From Sphingomonadales bacterium (GTDB taxonomy: Bacteria > Pseudomonadota > Alphaproteobacteria > Sphingomonadales > Sphingomonadaceae), in the NCBI GenBank assembly GCA_031376385.1, contig JANMDQ010000018.1, positions 12,673 to 76,672 of the forward strand: a stretch of DNA of 64,000 nt. Reading direction: 5' to 3'. The translations under genes and the position numbers were made by a program. Shown here piece after piece: positions 12,153-21,364 of this stretch (positions are counted from its first letter, which is position 1; every line of letters starts with the position of its first letter). Under the pieces are notes generated by a model, which ran no database searches, had not been told where the DNA came from, and saw only the letters and a program-made list of their open reading frames with translations.

Positions 12153-13640
12153 ATGAGCATCGAATTTATGTCGTCAGAAATTGATGAATTGCGTCCTCGG
12201 ATCAGCGTGATTGGTGTCGGCGGTGCTGGCGGCAACGCCATCGCCAATATGATTGCCAATCAGGTTCAGGGCGTTGATTTTATCGTCGCGAATACCGATG
12301 CTCAGGCTCTGAATGCAGCGTCGGCAGATCAGCGGATTCAGTTGGGTCTTAAGATCACGCAGGGTCTTGGCGCTGGATCGCGCCCTGAAATTGGCCGCGC
12401 TGCTGCCGAAGAAGCACTCGACTCTGTTGAGAAAGCTCTCGAAGGTGCACATATGTGCTTCATCGCCGCCGGCATGGGTGGCGGCACCGGGACAGGGGCT
12501 GCTCCGGTTATCGCCAAGGCTGCTCGAGATCGCGGCATCCTGACTGTTGGCGTCGTCACGAAGCCATTTAGCTTTGAAGGCTCGCGCCGGATGAAGTCAG
12601 CGGAGGCCGGCATTGCTGAACTGCAAAAGCACGTCGACACACTGATTGTCATTCCCAACCAAAACTTGTTCCTGATCGCCAATCCGCAAACCACGTTCAA
12701 AGAAGCCTTTGAGATGGCTGATGAAGTTCTGCAGCAGGGCGTGCGCGGGATTACCGATTTGATGGTCATGCCCGGCCTTATCAACCTCGACTTTGCCGAC
12801 GTTCGTACCGTGATGAGCGAAATGGGCAAAGCGATGATGGGTACCGGCGAAGCTGAAGGCGAAAATCGCGCGATTGCGGCGGCCGAAAAGGCTATCGCCA
12901 ACCCGCTGCTTGACGGTGTGTCGATGAAGGGTGCGAAGGGCGTCATCGTTTCTATTGTTGGCGGCGAAGACATGCGCCTGATGGAAGTGGACGAAGCGGC
13001 TAGCCATATCAAAGAATTGGTCGATCCTGATGCGAATATCATCTGGGGGTCGGCATTCAATTCCGCTCTTGAGGGCAAAATCCGGGTCTCCGTGGTTGCA
13101 ACGGGTATTGAGGCCGATGCTGCAAGCGCGCCAGAGCCTGCCCGGGTGTTCTCTTTCCCTAAAGCGACGAAGAAGATAGAAATAGTCCCGGTGGCTGCGG
13201 TCGCCGCACCGGCACCAGGCTTTTCGGTCGCGATGACCGCGGAACCAGAGGCTGCTCCAGTGGTTGCAGAGGCCCCTGTTGTGTTCGCTGATCCGTCAGT
13301 TGAAGATATGCCAACAGTTGTCGAACAAAGGGTCGAAATCGTTCTTACAGCGCCCGAACCGATCGAGACTGAGATGAAAGAAGTGGAAGCCGAGGCTGGT
13401 GACGATGAACTGCTGCTTACCCCGCAAGTCATCGTAGATGATTCGATTATAGGCATTCCAATTGGGCCAACGGCAATAGCCGAGGAAGAGCGTCCTGCTC
13501 CGCGCATGCCCGCAGGCGGCGGAACTTTGTTTGAGCGTATGTCCAACATCGCACGGACAGTGGCGAAGGCCGATCACGAAGAGGGGACTAGGGACCCACT
13601 TGACATCCCGCGCTTCCTGAACCGTCAGAATAACTCTTAA
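12153..13640 (+). CDS. ftsZ: Cell division protein FtsZ with long acidic linker
   Basis: GMGGGTGTG tubulin signature, NLDFAD, C-terminal LDIPRFL peptide. Confidence 0.99.
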   Translation: MSIEFMSSEIDELRPRISVIGVGGAGGNAIANMIANQVQGVDFIVANTDAQALNAASADQRIQLGLKITQGLGAGSRPEIGRAAAEEALDSVEKALEGAHMCFIAAGMGGGTGTGAAPVIAKAARDRGILTVGVVTKPFSFEGSRRMKSAEAGIAELQKHVDTLIVIPNQNLFLIANPQTTFKEAFEMADEVLQQGVRGITDLMVMPGLINLDFADVRTVMSEMGKAMMGTGEAEGENRAIAAAEKAIANPLLDGVSMKGAKGVIVSIVGGEDMRLMEVDEAASHIKELVDPDANIIWGSAFNSALEGKIRVSVVATGIEADAASAPEPARVFSFPKATKKIEIVPVAAVAAPAPGFSVAMTAEPEAAPVVAEAPVVFADPSVEDMPTVVEQRVEIVLTAPEPIETEMKEVEAEAGDDELLLTPQVIVDDSIIGIPIGPTAIAEEERPAPRMPAGGGTLFERMSNIARTVAKADHEEGTRDPLDIPRFLNRQNNS

Positions 13641-13733
13641 CAGCTTGCCTTGACGCTAAACCGTCACATTCTGCCGTGATCTCAGTGCGCTCCCCTTGAA
13701 ACTCAAGGGGGGCTTGCTGTATATAGCTTTGAT

Positions 13734-15953
13734 ATGAAACAGAGTTCCATTGCCTTTTTTCTGGCTGCATCAACAGCTGCTTCCTTCTTCCCTCCAGCCC
13801 AAGCGCAAACTGGCGGAGAGGTAATTACAACTGGTGGGGTGTTACCTGCCGCGCTAAACAATAGCCTCGACCCGGCGGAAAGGCTTGCATCCAGTCTGCG
13901 CCTACTGTCTCAAAACCCTTATGACGTCACAGCCCTGAGTCAGGCTGGCGAAAGCGCGCTTGCAGTTGGCGATGCAAACGCAGCAATCAGTTTTTTGGCG
14001 CGTGCAGAAGAGTTAAACCCGGGCAACGGACGGATCAAAGCCAGCTTGGCCAGTGCGCTGGTGATGGTTGAACGGCCCACAGAGGCATTTCGCCTGTTTC
14101 AGGAGGCTTTGGCGCTTGGCGTCCCAGAACATCAAATCGCCAAAGATCGCGGGCTTGCCTATGATCTGACGGGCGATACCAAGCGAGCTCAAAAGGATTA
14201 TACTGTTAGCTTGCGTCACGACAGCGACGAAGAAGTTACGCGGCGCATGGCGCTGTCGCTCGGGATCGCAGGCGATAAGGACGACGCACTTCGCACTCTT
14301 GAACCGCTGATCCGCCAAAAGGATCAGGCTGCATGGCGCGCTCGTGCGTTTGTGTTGGCCATGAACGGCGATATGCGGGGGGCGGAGAAAATTGCCGAAC
14401 AGACCACCCCCGCCGCCATGGTAGGCAGCATGTCGCAGTTTATGAGGCGGCTTGGAACACTAACTCCGGCGCAGCGAGCCTATGCCGTGAATTTCGGAAC
14501 AATGCCAGCCACCGACGCGCGCATGGCATCGGCACAAACCACGGATCCGTTCCGTCCAATTGGTGATGGCGCAGCTTCCGTTCTTACCCCTTTCAGCGAA
14601 CAACCGAGACCTGCCCCAGCGGCACTTACGACTTTGCCCGAACGGGTAATCAAAGCGGCGCGCCGCCGTCCCGGTCGTGATGAGATCGCGCCCGTCGCAC
14701 CGCGCCCAGTGTCCAAACCAGTTGAATTGGTAGTTGCTCAACCGGTTAAGCCAAGCTGGAGCACAGAACCTGTCTCTCGCCGCCTTGGCGCGCGGATAGG
14801 GCCTGTCGATCCGAACAGGTTGCCCGATGAGTTGAAACCTGCCCAAGGCATAGACCGCAACGTCGCTGCACGTTCGCCTGTTTTTGTTCGAACTGATTTA
14901 AAGGTTATGCCGCCGCCGTCTGGCACACCTGCGATCGTTACCACTTTTCCGCCGCCCGTCGCGCCACAAACTGTTGCAGCAACGCCGGCATTCGTAATGA
15001 TCGCACCGGTTATTTCACCTGCTGTTCCAACGGCAATGCCAGCCCCAGCGTTGTTTGAAGTCCCAAGCGCCGCGCAACAAGTGGTGCGTGTTGTTGACGC
15101 ACCTCCTGCAGCCGCCTCTATTTCACCCGGGATCTCTGCCGCTCAGCCTCAATTGGCGTCCTCATCGGTTTTGCCTTCGCCAGTTGCAACGGCACCAGTC
15201 TTGGCAACGCCGATTTTGGTTGGGTCTCCGCCAGCGGCAGTGCTTGCACCCGCGACATCAAATGTGCCTGTGTCATCTCAGCCCGTTACCCAGATTGCCG
15301 CAGCGTTGCCGCCGGCACCCGGATTTTCCGACGGAGTGATGCCAGCCGCAGTTGTTGTAGAACCAGCGCTTGCGCCGGTGGTTACAAATGCTGTTTCGCA
15401 GACTGGAGCTGAAGCGTCATTCCCTCAATCAGCACCGCCGCAAGCGATTGTTCAGGCCGTTCCTGCGGCTCCCGAAGGTCTAGTATCTGTCCTGTCTTCA
15501 ATAGAATTGGAGGCTGAAAGCAGCGGCGGCGCTGTGATGTCTGACAGTGAATTCCGTAAGGCTCGGCTTGCTGCAAAACGGAAGGCAGATGCGCAAGATG
15601 CCAAGCTTGTTGAGGCAGACGCTGCCACAAAGCTAAAAGCCAAAGAGGAAGATGAAAAACGCCGCATTTCTGATGCCAATCCGGCAAGGCTCTGGGTGCA
15701 AGTTGCCACTGGTGCCAATGAAGCTGGCCTATCGCGCACGTTAAGTCGCGTTAGGGAACAGGCGCCTGTCGCGCTTAAAGGCGTCGGTGGTGCCAGCGTG
15801 CCGTTCAAATCCACCAATCGCGTGCTTGTTGGCCCCTTCAAATCTGCCAGCGAAGCCCGCGCGATGATGAACAAGTTGACTAAGGCAGGCATCTCAGCCG
15901 CAACCTTCAGCAGCACTGCGGGGCAAAAAGTGAGCAAGCTTCCGTCACGCTGA
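13734..15953 (+). CDS. Exported TPR + Pro/Ala-rich linker + SPOR-domain protein
   Basis: Signal-peptide-like N-terminus, TPR-like helical repeats, long low-complexity P/A/V linker, C-terminal WVQVATG...RVLVGPF SPOR-like motif. Confidence 0.75.
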   Translation: MKQSSIAFFLAASTAASFFPPAQAQTGGEVITTGGVLPAALNNSLDPAERLASSLRLLSQNPYDVTALSQAGESALAVGDANAAISFLARAEELNPGNGRIKASLASALVMVERPTEAFRLFQEALALGVPEHQIAKDRGLAYDLTGDTKRAQKDYTVSLRHDSDEEVTRRMALSLGIAGDKDDALRTLEPLIRQKDQAAWRARAFVLAMNGDMRGAEKIAEQTTPAAMVGSMSQFMRRLGTLTPAQRAYAVNFGTMPATDARMASAQTTDPFRPIGDGAASVLTPFSEQPRPAPAALTTLPERVIKAARRRPGRDEIAPVAPRPVSKPVELVVAQPVKPSWSTEPVSRRLGARIGPVDPNRLPDELKPAQGIDRNVAARSPVFVRTDLKVMPPPSGTPAIVTTFPPPVAPQTVAATPAFVMIAPVISPAVPTAMPAPALFEVPSAAQQVVRVVDAPPAAASISPGISAAQPQLASSSVLPSPVATAPVLATPILVGSPPAAVLAPATSNVPVSSQPVTQIAAALPPAPGFSDGVMPAAVVVEPALAPVVTNAVSQTGAEASFPQSAPPQAIVQAVPAAPEGLVSVLSSIELEAESSGGAVMSDSEFRKARLAAKRKADAQDAKLVEADAATKLKAKEEDEKRRISDANPARLWVQVATGANEAGLSRTLSRVREQAPVALKGVGGASVPFKSTNRVLVGPFKSASEARAMMNKLTKAGISAATFSSTAGQKVSKLPSR

Positions 15954-15970
15954 CTATTGGGGTACGAGGA

Positions 15971-17140
15971 GTGATGTTATCCCGCGCTTCCTTCGCCTGT
16001 GATCCTGACAAAAGCCGGGGGCGACATCATGCAGAACCTGACCTTGGCGCACGCGGACCCAGAACCGCGTTTCAGCGTGACCGTGACCGGATCATCCACT
16101 CCATCGCCTTCCGCCGGTTGCGGCACAAAACGCAGGTGTTTGTCGCGCCAGATGGTGACCATTACCGGGTTCGCTTAACCCATAGCCTAGAAGTCGCGCA
16201 AATTGGTCGCGCCATGTCGCGCGCGTTGGGGCTGGATGAAGATCAAGCAGAAGCGTTGTGCCTCGCGCATGATCTGGGGCATCCGCCCTTTGGCCATGCC
16301 GGGGAGGACGGACTGTCCGCGGCGATGGCAGGCGCAGGCGGGTTCGACCATAATGGCCACACCCTGCGCATTCTGACCAAGCTGGAATGCCCCTATCCGC
16401 TGTGGGACGGCCTCAACCTCAGCTGGGAGACGCTTGAAGGCCTTGCCAAGCATAACGGCCCCGTTCTGTCACCCAGCTGGGCCATGGCCGAAGTCAACGC
16501 TGCTTACCCCCTAGACCTGACCAGCCACGCGTCGCTGGAGGCCCAAGTCGCAGCGATTGCCGATGACATTGCCTATGACAATCATGACATTGATGACGGC
16601 CTGCGCTCTGGCCTTCTCGATTTTGACGAGCTGCTCACACTGCCCCATGTCAAGCGCGGGTGGGACCGCGTGAGCGCCCAATATCCCGGCGCAGACCCCC
16701 GCCGCCTGCGCGCAGAGCTGGTCCGCCAACAAATCGGCGAAATGGTGAATGACGTCATCACCACCACGACCGAACGGATCGGCGCACTCGGCATCAAGAC
16801 AGTGGACGATGTGCGGACCGCAGGCACCACAATCGCGGGCTTCTCAGATGAAATGCAAGCCGCAGAGACGACGCACAAAGCCTTCATGTATGACCGCCTT
16901 TATCATCACCCGTCCCAAATCGAGATCGCGGAGACCGCGCGCGGCGTCGTAACGGCGCTGTTTGCCGCCTATTCCGATGATCCAAGCGCCCTGCCGCCCG
17001 AATGGCGAGAGTCAGTGCCGGATGATTCCATTCCCCGCGCCCGCCACATCGCGGATTTCATCGCGGGGATGACGGACCGCTATGCGATATCCCGCCACCG
17101 CGAACTGGTGGGCGATGTGGCGTTACCGGACGGGTTCTGA
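15971..17140 (+). CDS. dgt: Deoxyguanosinetriphosphate triphosphohydrolase (HD family)
   Basis: RTAFQRDRDRIIHS, RTR-like RVRLTHSLEVAQ, AHDLGHPPFGH, DDIAYDNHDIDDG, DFIAGMTD. Confidence 0.93.
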   Translation: MMLSRASFACDPDKSRGRHHAEPDLGARGPRTAFQRDRDRIIHSIAFRRLRHKTQVFVAPDGDHYRVRLTHSLEVAQIGRAMSRALGLDEDQAEALCLAHDLGHPPFGHAGEDGLSAAMAGAGGFDHNGHTLRILTKLECPYPLWDGLNLSWETLEGLAKHNGPVLSPSWAMAEVNAAYPLDLTSHASLEAQVAAIADDIAYDNHDIDDGLRSGLLDFDELLTLPHVKRGWDRVSAQYPGADPRRLRAELVRQQIGEMVNDVITTTTERIGALGIKTVDDVRTAGTTIAGFSDEMQAAETTHKAFMYDRLYHHPSQIEIAETARGVVTALFAAYSDDPSALPPEWRESVPDDSIPRARHIADFIAGMTDRYAISRHRELVGDVALPDGF

Positions 17141-17145
17141 CCCAA

Positions 17146-17625
17146 TCAATCGCTGGGCGGTTCTGATTGCAATTGCGAATAATTTTGCACGCCCATCTGG
17201 CGGATCAGGTCAATCTGCGTTTCCAATATGTCGACATGCTCCTCCTCACTGGTGAGGATATATTGGAACAGATCGCGAGATACGAAATCGCGCACCTTTT
17301 CGCAATGTTCAATCGCATCGCGCAACGGGGGCAGAGCCTCATATTCCAGTTCCAGATCAGCCTTCAGCACTTCCTCAACATTTTCGCCAATGCGCAGGCG
17401 GCCGAGCAATTGAAAATTCGGAAGGCCGTCTAAAAAGAAGATCCGCTCCGCCAGTTTATCGGCATGCTTCATCTCATCAATGGATTCGCCATATTCAAAT
17501 TTGGCAAGCTTCGTCAGGCCCCAATTGTCCAGCATCCGGTAGTGCAGAAAATATTGGTTGATCGCCGTCAACTCATTCTTGAGGATGATGTTAAGATGTT
17601 CAATTACTTTGGCGTCGCCCTTCAT
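17146..17625 (-). CDS. bfr: Bacterioferritin
   Basis: [29 protein letters not shown]; 159 aa. Confidence 0.97.
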   Translation of the reverse strand: MKGDAKVIEHLNIILKNELTAINQYFLHYRMLDNWGLTKLAKFEYGESIDEMKHADKLAERIFFLDGLPNFQLLGRLRIGENVEEVLKADLELEYEALPPLRDAIEHCEKVRDFVSRDLFQYILTSEEEHVDILETQIDLIRQMGVQNYSQLQSEPPSD

Positions 17626-17727
17626 GGTGCGTCCTTTGCTTGGGGAAGTCCGGCATGTGATACAATGTCACTCACCCAAATAACAGCCAGAAAATGGCAG
17701 AATTGAAGGATTTCTAAGCTATTGAGA

Positions 17728-17901
17728 CTAACAAGCGATTGCGCGTTCGGCATTGATAATGCTTCGCGCAAAGGGCACGCACTGCCCACATTTCAAAGCG
17801 CAGCCCAACTGCCGATAGGCCCTACCCGGGCTCCGCGCCCCGTCCCGCGCGGCTCCGCGCACATCACGTTCTTTCAGGGCATTACAAACGCAGACGACCA
17901 T
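17728..17901 (-). CDS. bfd: Bacterioferritin-associated ferredoxin Bfd (57 aa, below the ORF-track cutoff)
   Basis: Manual translation MVVCVCNALKERDVR...KCGQCVPFARSII...; CxC and CxxC motifs; directly upstream of bfr. Confidence 0.9.
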   Translation of the reverse strand: MVVCVCNALKERDVRGAARDGARSPGRAYRQLGCALKCGQCVPFARSIINAERAIAC

Positions 17902-17912
17902 GTGGCTAGTTC

Positions 17913-17958
17913 CTATTGCGAATCATTGTCTACAAGAGATGATAGTCGTTCGCAATAG
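17913..17958. promoter_or_regulatory. Putative iron-responsive (Fur/Irr-type) operator upstream of bfd
   Basis: Inverted repeat CTATTGCGAA (17913-17922) ... TTCGCAATAG (17949-17958) just upstream of the bfd start. Confidence 0.5.
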
Positions 17959-18100
17959 CTTTTTGCATCTAGGGCTGCTTGGCTTGTGATGCGGCTATCG
18001 CGCTAAAGAGGGTCGCCGTGCCACTGGCATTCGTTTCCTGAAGCGAGTCCTCTAATATCGGTGCCCAGTCCAAGTTTGGGCTGAACAGGATGCGTAGCCA

Positions 18101-18529
18101 TTAGGAAAATGTTGCCGCAATCGTCGCCATGTTTTTGACAAAGCCGTCTCGTGCCTCATTGGGCAGAGATGCGAGCATTTGTGTGCAGTTTTTAAGGTTC
18201 TGGACTTGCATCTCTTGCCGGAATTTCATCCCCTCTTCCGTGAGGCTCAGGGCAACAGCACGCCCCTTCAATGCCGCTTTGTCGCGCCGTAATAGCCCCC
18301 GTTTATGCAAACGATCCACTGCGGACTGCATTGTTGTGGACCGGACGCCAAGATAAGTTGCAACATTTTTGGCAAGCGATCCGGGGTGACGATGCAGAAA
18401 TGAGAGAGTCTCTAAGTCGATAGGATTGAATGGAACTGATCCGAGGTTGGACGACGACCGTCGCTCATCGATGGTCAGCACCCGCAATAGCGTGCTGATC
18501 GCTGCATCAAGTTGCCCAATTTGATCCAT
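18101..18529 (-). CDS. MarR-family transcriptional regulator
   Basis: wHTH pattern (TTMQSAVDRLHKRGLLRR ... RAVALSLTEEG); divergent from SDR; start could be 18529, 18535 or 18541. Confidence 0.85.
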   Translation of the reverse strand: MDQIGQLDAAISTLLRVLTIDERRSSSNLGSVPFNPIDLETLSFLHRHPGSLAKNVATYLGVRSTTMQSAVDRLHKRGLLRRDKAALKGRAVALSLTEEGMKFRQEMQVQNLKNCTQMLASLPNEARDGFVKNMATIAATFS

Positions 18530-18540
18530 GCTCATCTCCA

Positions 18541-18579
18541 AATACGAATATCGTATTTACTAATTACGATATTCGTATT
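18541..18579. promoter_or_regulatory. Palindromic operator between marR and SDR
   Basis: Perfect 15-bp arms AATACGAATATCGTA-N9-TACGATATTCGTATT; each arm is itself quasi-palindromic. Confidence 0.75.
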
Positions 18580-18630
18580 AACTAGCATCCAAGCGCCCTT
18601 GCTTGCAAGATTTTCCGCGGGACACAGCAT

Positions 18631-19551
18631 ATGACTCAAAACAAGTTTTACCTGATTACCGGAGCAACATCGGGGATAGGGTTGGAGGTGGCATTGCACT
18701 TGGCCGCTGCTGACCCAACGAATTTCATCATTGTAGGGGCCCGTGATCCAGAGCGAGCCGAAGCATTGCGGAAAGCGGTGCCGCCTGAGCAATTGCTTAT
18801 CTTGGAACTCGACACGTCATCGCTCAGGTCCGTCAAGTCGTTCGCAACTAAGGTTCACGCCGCCCTCGCGACCAAGAAGCTATCTGGCGTGGCATTGAAT
18901 GCAGGTGTTCAAATCATCAGCGGCAATCAATATTCCGAAGATGGTTTTGAGCTGACTTTTGCGACCAACGTGCTGGGGCATATCGCCCTAGTTGAGATGC
19001 TCCAGCCAAGCTTAGCATCTGCTTCGGTCATTATTTCTACTGCGAGCGGAACGCATGACAAAGACCATAAACTTGCCAAGCCCTACAGGTTCTATGGGGG
19101 TTATTTCCCGTCGGCGGAAGACGTGGCGGCGGGTAAAGTGTCGAACAGCACTGACAAGGCGCAGTTGGGAAGGGACAGATATGCCACGTCAAAGCTATGT
19201 AACATTCTCTACACCTATGCGATGGCCCGGAAAGTTGGAGAAGGCGGGCCGCGCTTTATCGCTTTTGATCCGGGGTTGATGCCGGGAACAGAGCTGGCAA
19301 GGGACCAGCCCGCCGCACTGCGCTTTGCCTGGAAAAACATCTTGCCAGCTGCCGCAAAATTGATCGACGGGGCCAGCACCGCCAAACGATCCGGCGCGGT
19401 ATTGGCGCAGCTGCTATCCCAAGAGCGCTATCCCACTGGCACGGGTCTGCACATTGAGTTCACTGGCAAAGAAATTCCGTCGTCACACCTATCGCATGAT
19501 CAAGCGCTTCAGGACGAACTCATGGCGTTTGCCTTAACGGCAGCATTTTAG
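18631..19551 (+). CDS. Short-chain dehydrogenase/reductase (protochlorophyllide-reductase/retinol-DH-like subgroup)
   Basis: TGATSGIG, NAG, FATNVLGH, YATSK catalytic YxxxK, DPGLMPGT. Confidence 0.9.
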   Translation: MTQNKFYLITGATSGIGLEVALHLAAADPTNFIIVGARDPERAEALRKAVPPEQLLILELDTSSLRSVKSFATKVHAALATKKLSGVALNAGVQIISGNQYSEDGFELTFATNVLGHIALVEMLQPSLASASVIISTASGTHDKDHKLAKPYRFYGGYFPSAEDVAAGKVSNSTDKAQLGRDRYATSKLCNILYTYAMARKVGEGGPRFIAFDPGLMPGTELARDQPAALRFAWKNILPAAAKLIDGASTAKRSGAVLAQLLSQERYPTGTGLHIEFTGKEIPSSHLSHDQALQDELMAFALTAAF

Positions 19552-19682
19552 GTTATTTTACCCAAAACTTGCCTGTCAGCACCCCCCAACATCGCCGCCA
19601 CGCTTAACCCAGACACTAAATTCCGGCGACATTGGGTGATTGATGCCACAGTTGGTGCCATCCATGCGGTAACGGCGCCCTA

Positions 19683-20183
19683 TCATTCCCGCCGGGTACA
19701 AATGACCTGCCGATAATTCACGCCATATTTGTTGTTGTAGGGCGCTTCTTCGCACTTTGTGATGTTCGCCTCCAATGGCGCATCTAGCGTGACGTCTGTT
19801 CCCTTATATCGGCAAACATAGTGGATGCCTTCGCTGGACGAAAATTCCCAGCGGTTTATTTTGCCATAGCGGTCCGGCTTCAATTGCGCCTGGCCGCGCG
19901 CGGGGCCGGAATAGAAATCTATCATTTCCAGATTATTTCTGCGCGTCGATTTTGTTTCCGCCAGCGCTGCGATATGCGCATTCACAACAGCATCATTTGT
20001 CGCATGCAATTCTTGTTTCGTAAAAATATAGTCGGGGCAGTATGATTTGCCTGTTTGCGGGTTGATGGTTTTGAACAAATCGATTTGATTGCTTTTGGTA
20101 ATACGCTCGCTGCGGGCGGCTGCATTACAAGTCATGCCAAAGAGCAGAGCCACAGTCAGAGCGCAATTGATCACAATTTTCAT
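19683..20183 (-). CDS. Secreted Cys-containing hypothetical protein (possibly STY0301-like)
   Basis: AAGGAG SD before ATG 20183, signal-peptide-like N-terminus; CP...FYSGP...LKPD...W...CRY...C pattern; visibly more AT-rich than neighbours. Confidence 0.6.
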   Translation of the reverse strand: MKIVINCALTVALLFGMTCNAAARSERITKSNQIDLFKTINPQTGKSYCPDYIFTKQELHATNDAVVNAHIAALAETKSTRRNNLEMIDFYSGPARGQAQLKPDRYGKINRWEFSSSEGIHYVCRYKGTDVTLDAPLEANITKCEEAPYNNKYGVNYRQVICTRRE

Positions 20184-20234
20184 ATTCAAACTCCTTGAAC
20201 TGTCTAAAGCGAATTGCTCGAAATGTGAATCACA

Positions 20235-20350
20235 ACTGTCACCCTGAACTGGTTTCACGGTCCATGCCTCGATTTTCATGCAAGACTGGATCTATCAATT
20301 TCGGCAGCGAAATTGAGGCATGGATGCTGAAACCAGTTCAGCATGACAGT
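20235..20350. repeat. REP-like inverted repeat (family C)
   Basis: actgtcaccctgaactggtttcacggtccatgcctc ... gaggcatggatgctgaaaccagttcagcatgacagt; arms carry internal hairpins. Confidence 0.88.
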
Positions 20351-20374
20351 GGAGCAGATTTTACGCAATCCGCT

Positions 20375-21349
20375 CTATCCCGAACAGCTCGCGCCGCCGA
20401 GTACGCAGAAGCGGGCGCAGTGGGGGTGGTTGAGTTTGATGGGGCGCGACGCCTCCACCAACGTCTGGCCCAGATCAAATTGCGGATCATAGGGCAGTAA
20501 TGTGCAGGCGGCGACGCGGGGGGTGGGTTCTCCCTTGCGCTTCACGACCATCCGGCTGGACGCGCACATGATGGACGAAGGCGCGACATCCAAAATGCCC
20601 CAGCAGGCCGTGGTGATTTCGGGGACGTCCGCGCCTGCATCCATTTCGGGAAAAAGGGTCAGCGCCGCATCGTCTTGCGCATCTATCGGCAGATGGTGTT
20701 TAGCAAAGAGTGCATGATAGCCAGCCCGCGCATTGCGCTCGCTTTCTATGGGCAAATGTCGCCCGGCGACCGCGATCCGAAACCCGTTGGAGGCTAACCA
20801 GCGAAGGCCATCAATCGCTTTATCCCAGCTATTGGCACCGCGTTCATTCTCATGGACTGCCTTTGTGTGGTGATCGAGGCTGACGCGATATGTCAGGCGG
20901 TCGCGGTGGGGCAGGGCCAACAGTTGCGCCTCAAATCTCCGCATCGGGCGCATCGCGTTGGTGAGTACGAGTACATTGAATCCGCGCTCTAGGCACAGCA
21001 CGACCATCGCCACGCAATCCTTATTCATGAACGGCTCGCCGCCGGTAAACCCGATTTCGCGGGTGGGCAGTGCCTCCCGCGCGATCTCATCAAGATAAGT
21101 GCGAACGTCTGCGAGTGTTAGATAGACAAGGGCGTCATTGGTGGGTGAGCTTTCGATATAGCAGCTTTTGCATGCCAGATTACAGAGCGTGCCAGTGTTA
21201 AACCATAATGTCGTCAGGCCCGCCATAGCGACACTGGCGCGCGGTTCCCCCTTTGCGGTCAGGTCAGCATGTTTGAACTTTTGCGGATCGAGCGTCGTCC
21301 GCAGGGGCATCATGAAGGGTGAGGCCGCGAAATCCTGAGTGATCTGCAT
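20375..21349 (-). CDS. Radical SAM protein of unknown function
   Basis: CNLACKSC (CxxxCxxC), FTGGEP, LTN; Cys-rich C-terminus HCARFCVLGGASCSG. Confidence 0.9.
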   Translation of the reverse strand: MQITQDFAASPFMMPLRTTLDPQKFKHADLTAKGEPRASVAMAGLTTLWFNTGTLCNLACKSCYIESSPTNDALVYLTLADVRTYLDEIAREALPTREIGFTGGEPFMNKDCVAMVVLCLERGFNVLVLTNAMRPMRRFEAQLLALPHRDRLTYRVSLDHHTKAVHENERGANSWDKAIDGLRWLASNGFRIAVAGRHLPIESERNARAGYHALFAKHHLPIDAQDDAALTLFPEMDAGADVPEITTACWGILDVAPSSIMCASSRMVVKRKGEPTPRVAACTLLPYDPQFDLGQTLVEASRPIKLNHPHCARFCVLGGASCSG

Positions 21350-21364
21350 GTTTCCCTCTTCCTC

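Noticed and set aside
12338-13549. 403-aa minus-strand ORF over ftsZ
   Set aside because: Antisense shadow ORF, typical of GC-rich coding DNA.
17960-18100. Possible tRNA, ncRNA or gene remnant between bfd and marR
   Set aside because: No cloverleaf or T-loop motif found; the open minus-strand frame lacks a start codon and recognisable motifs.
19600-19640. cccagacactaaattccggcgacatt, and gtcgctgtcacctaa near 43255, reminiscent of transposase-flanking motifs
   Set aside because: Single, non-palindromic occurrences; cannot be supported without a genome-wide search.
20375-21349. Selenocysteine or readthrough in the radical SAM gene
   Set aside because: No in-frame TGA; the ORF ends at TAG.
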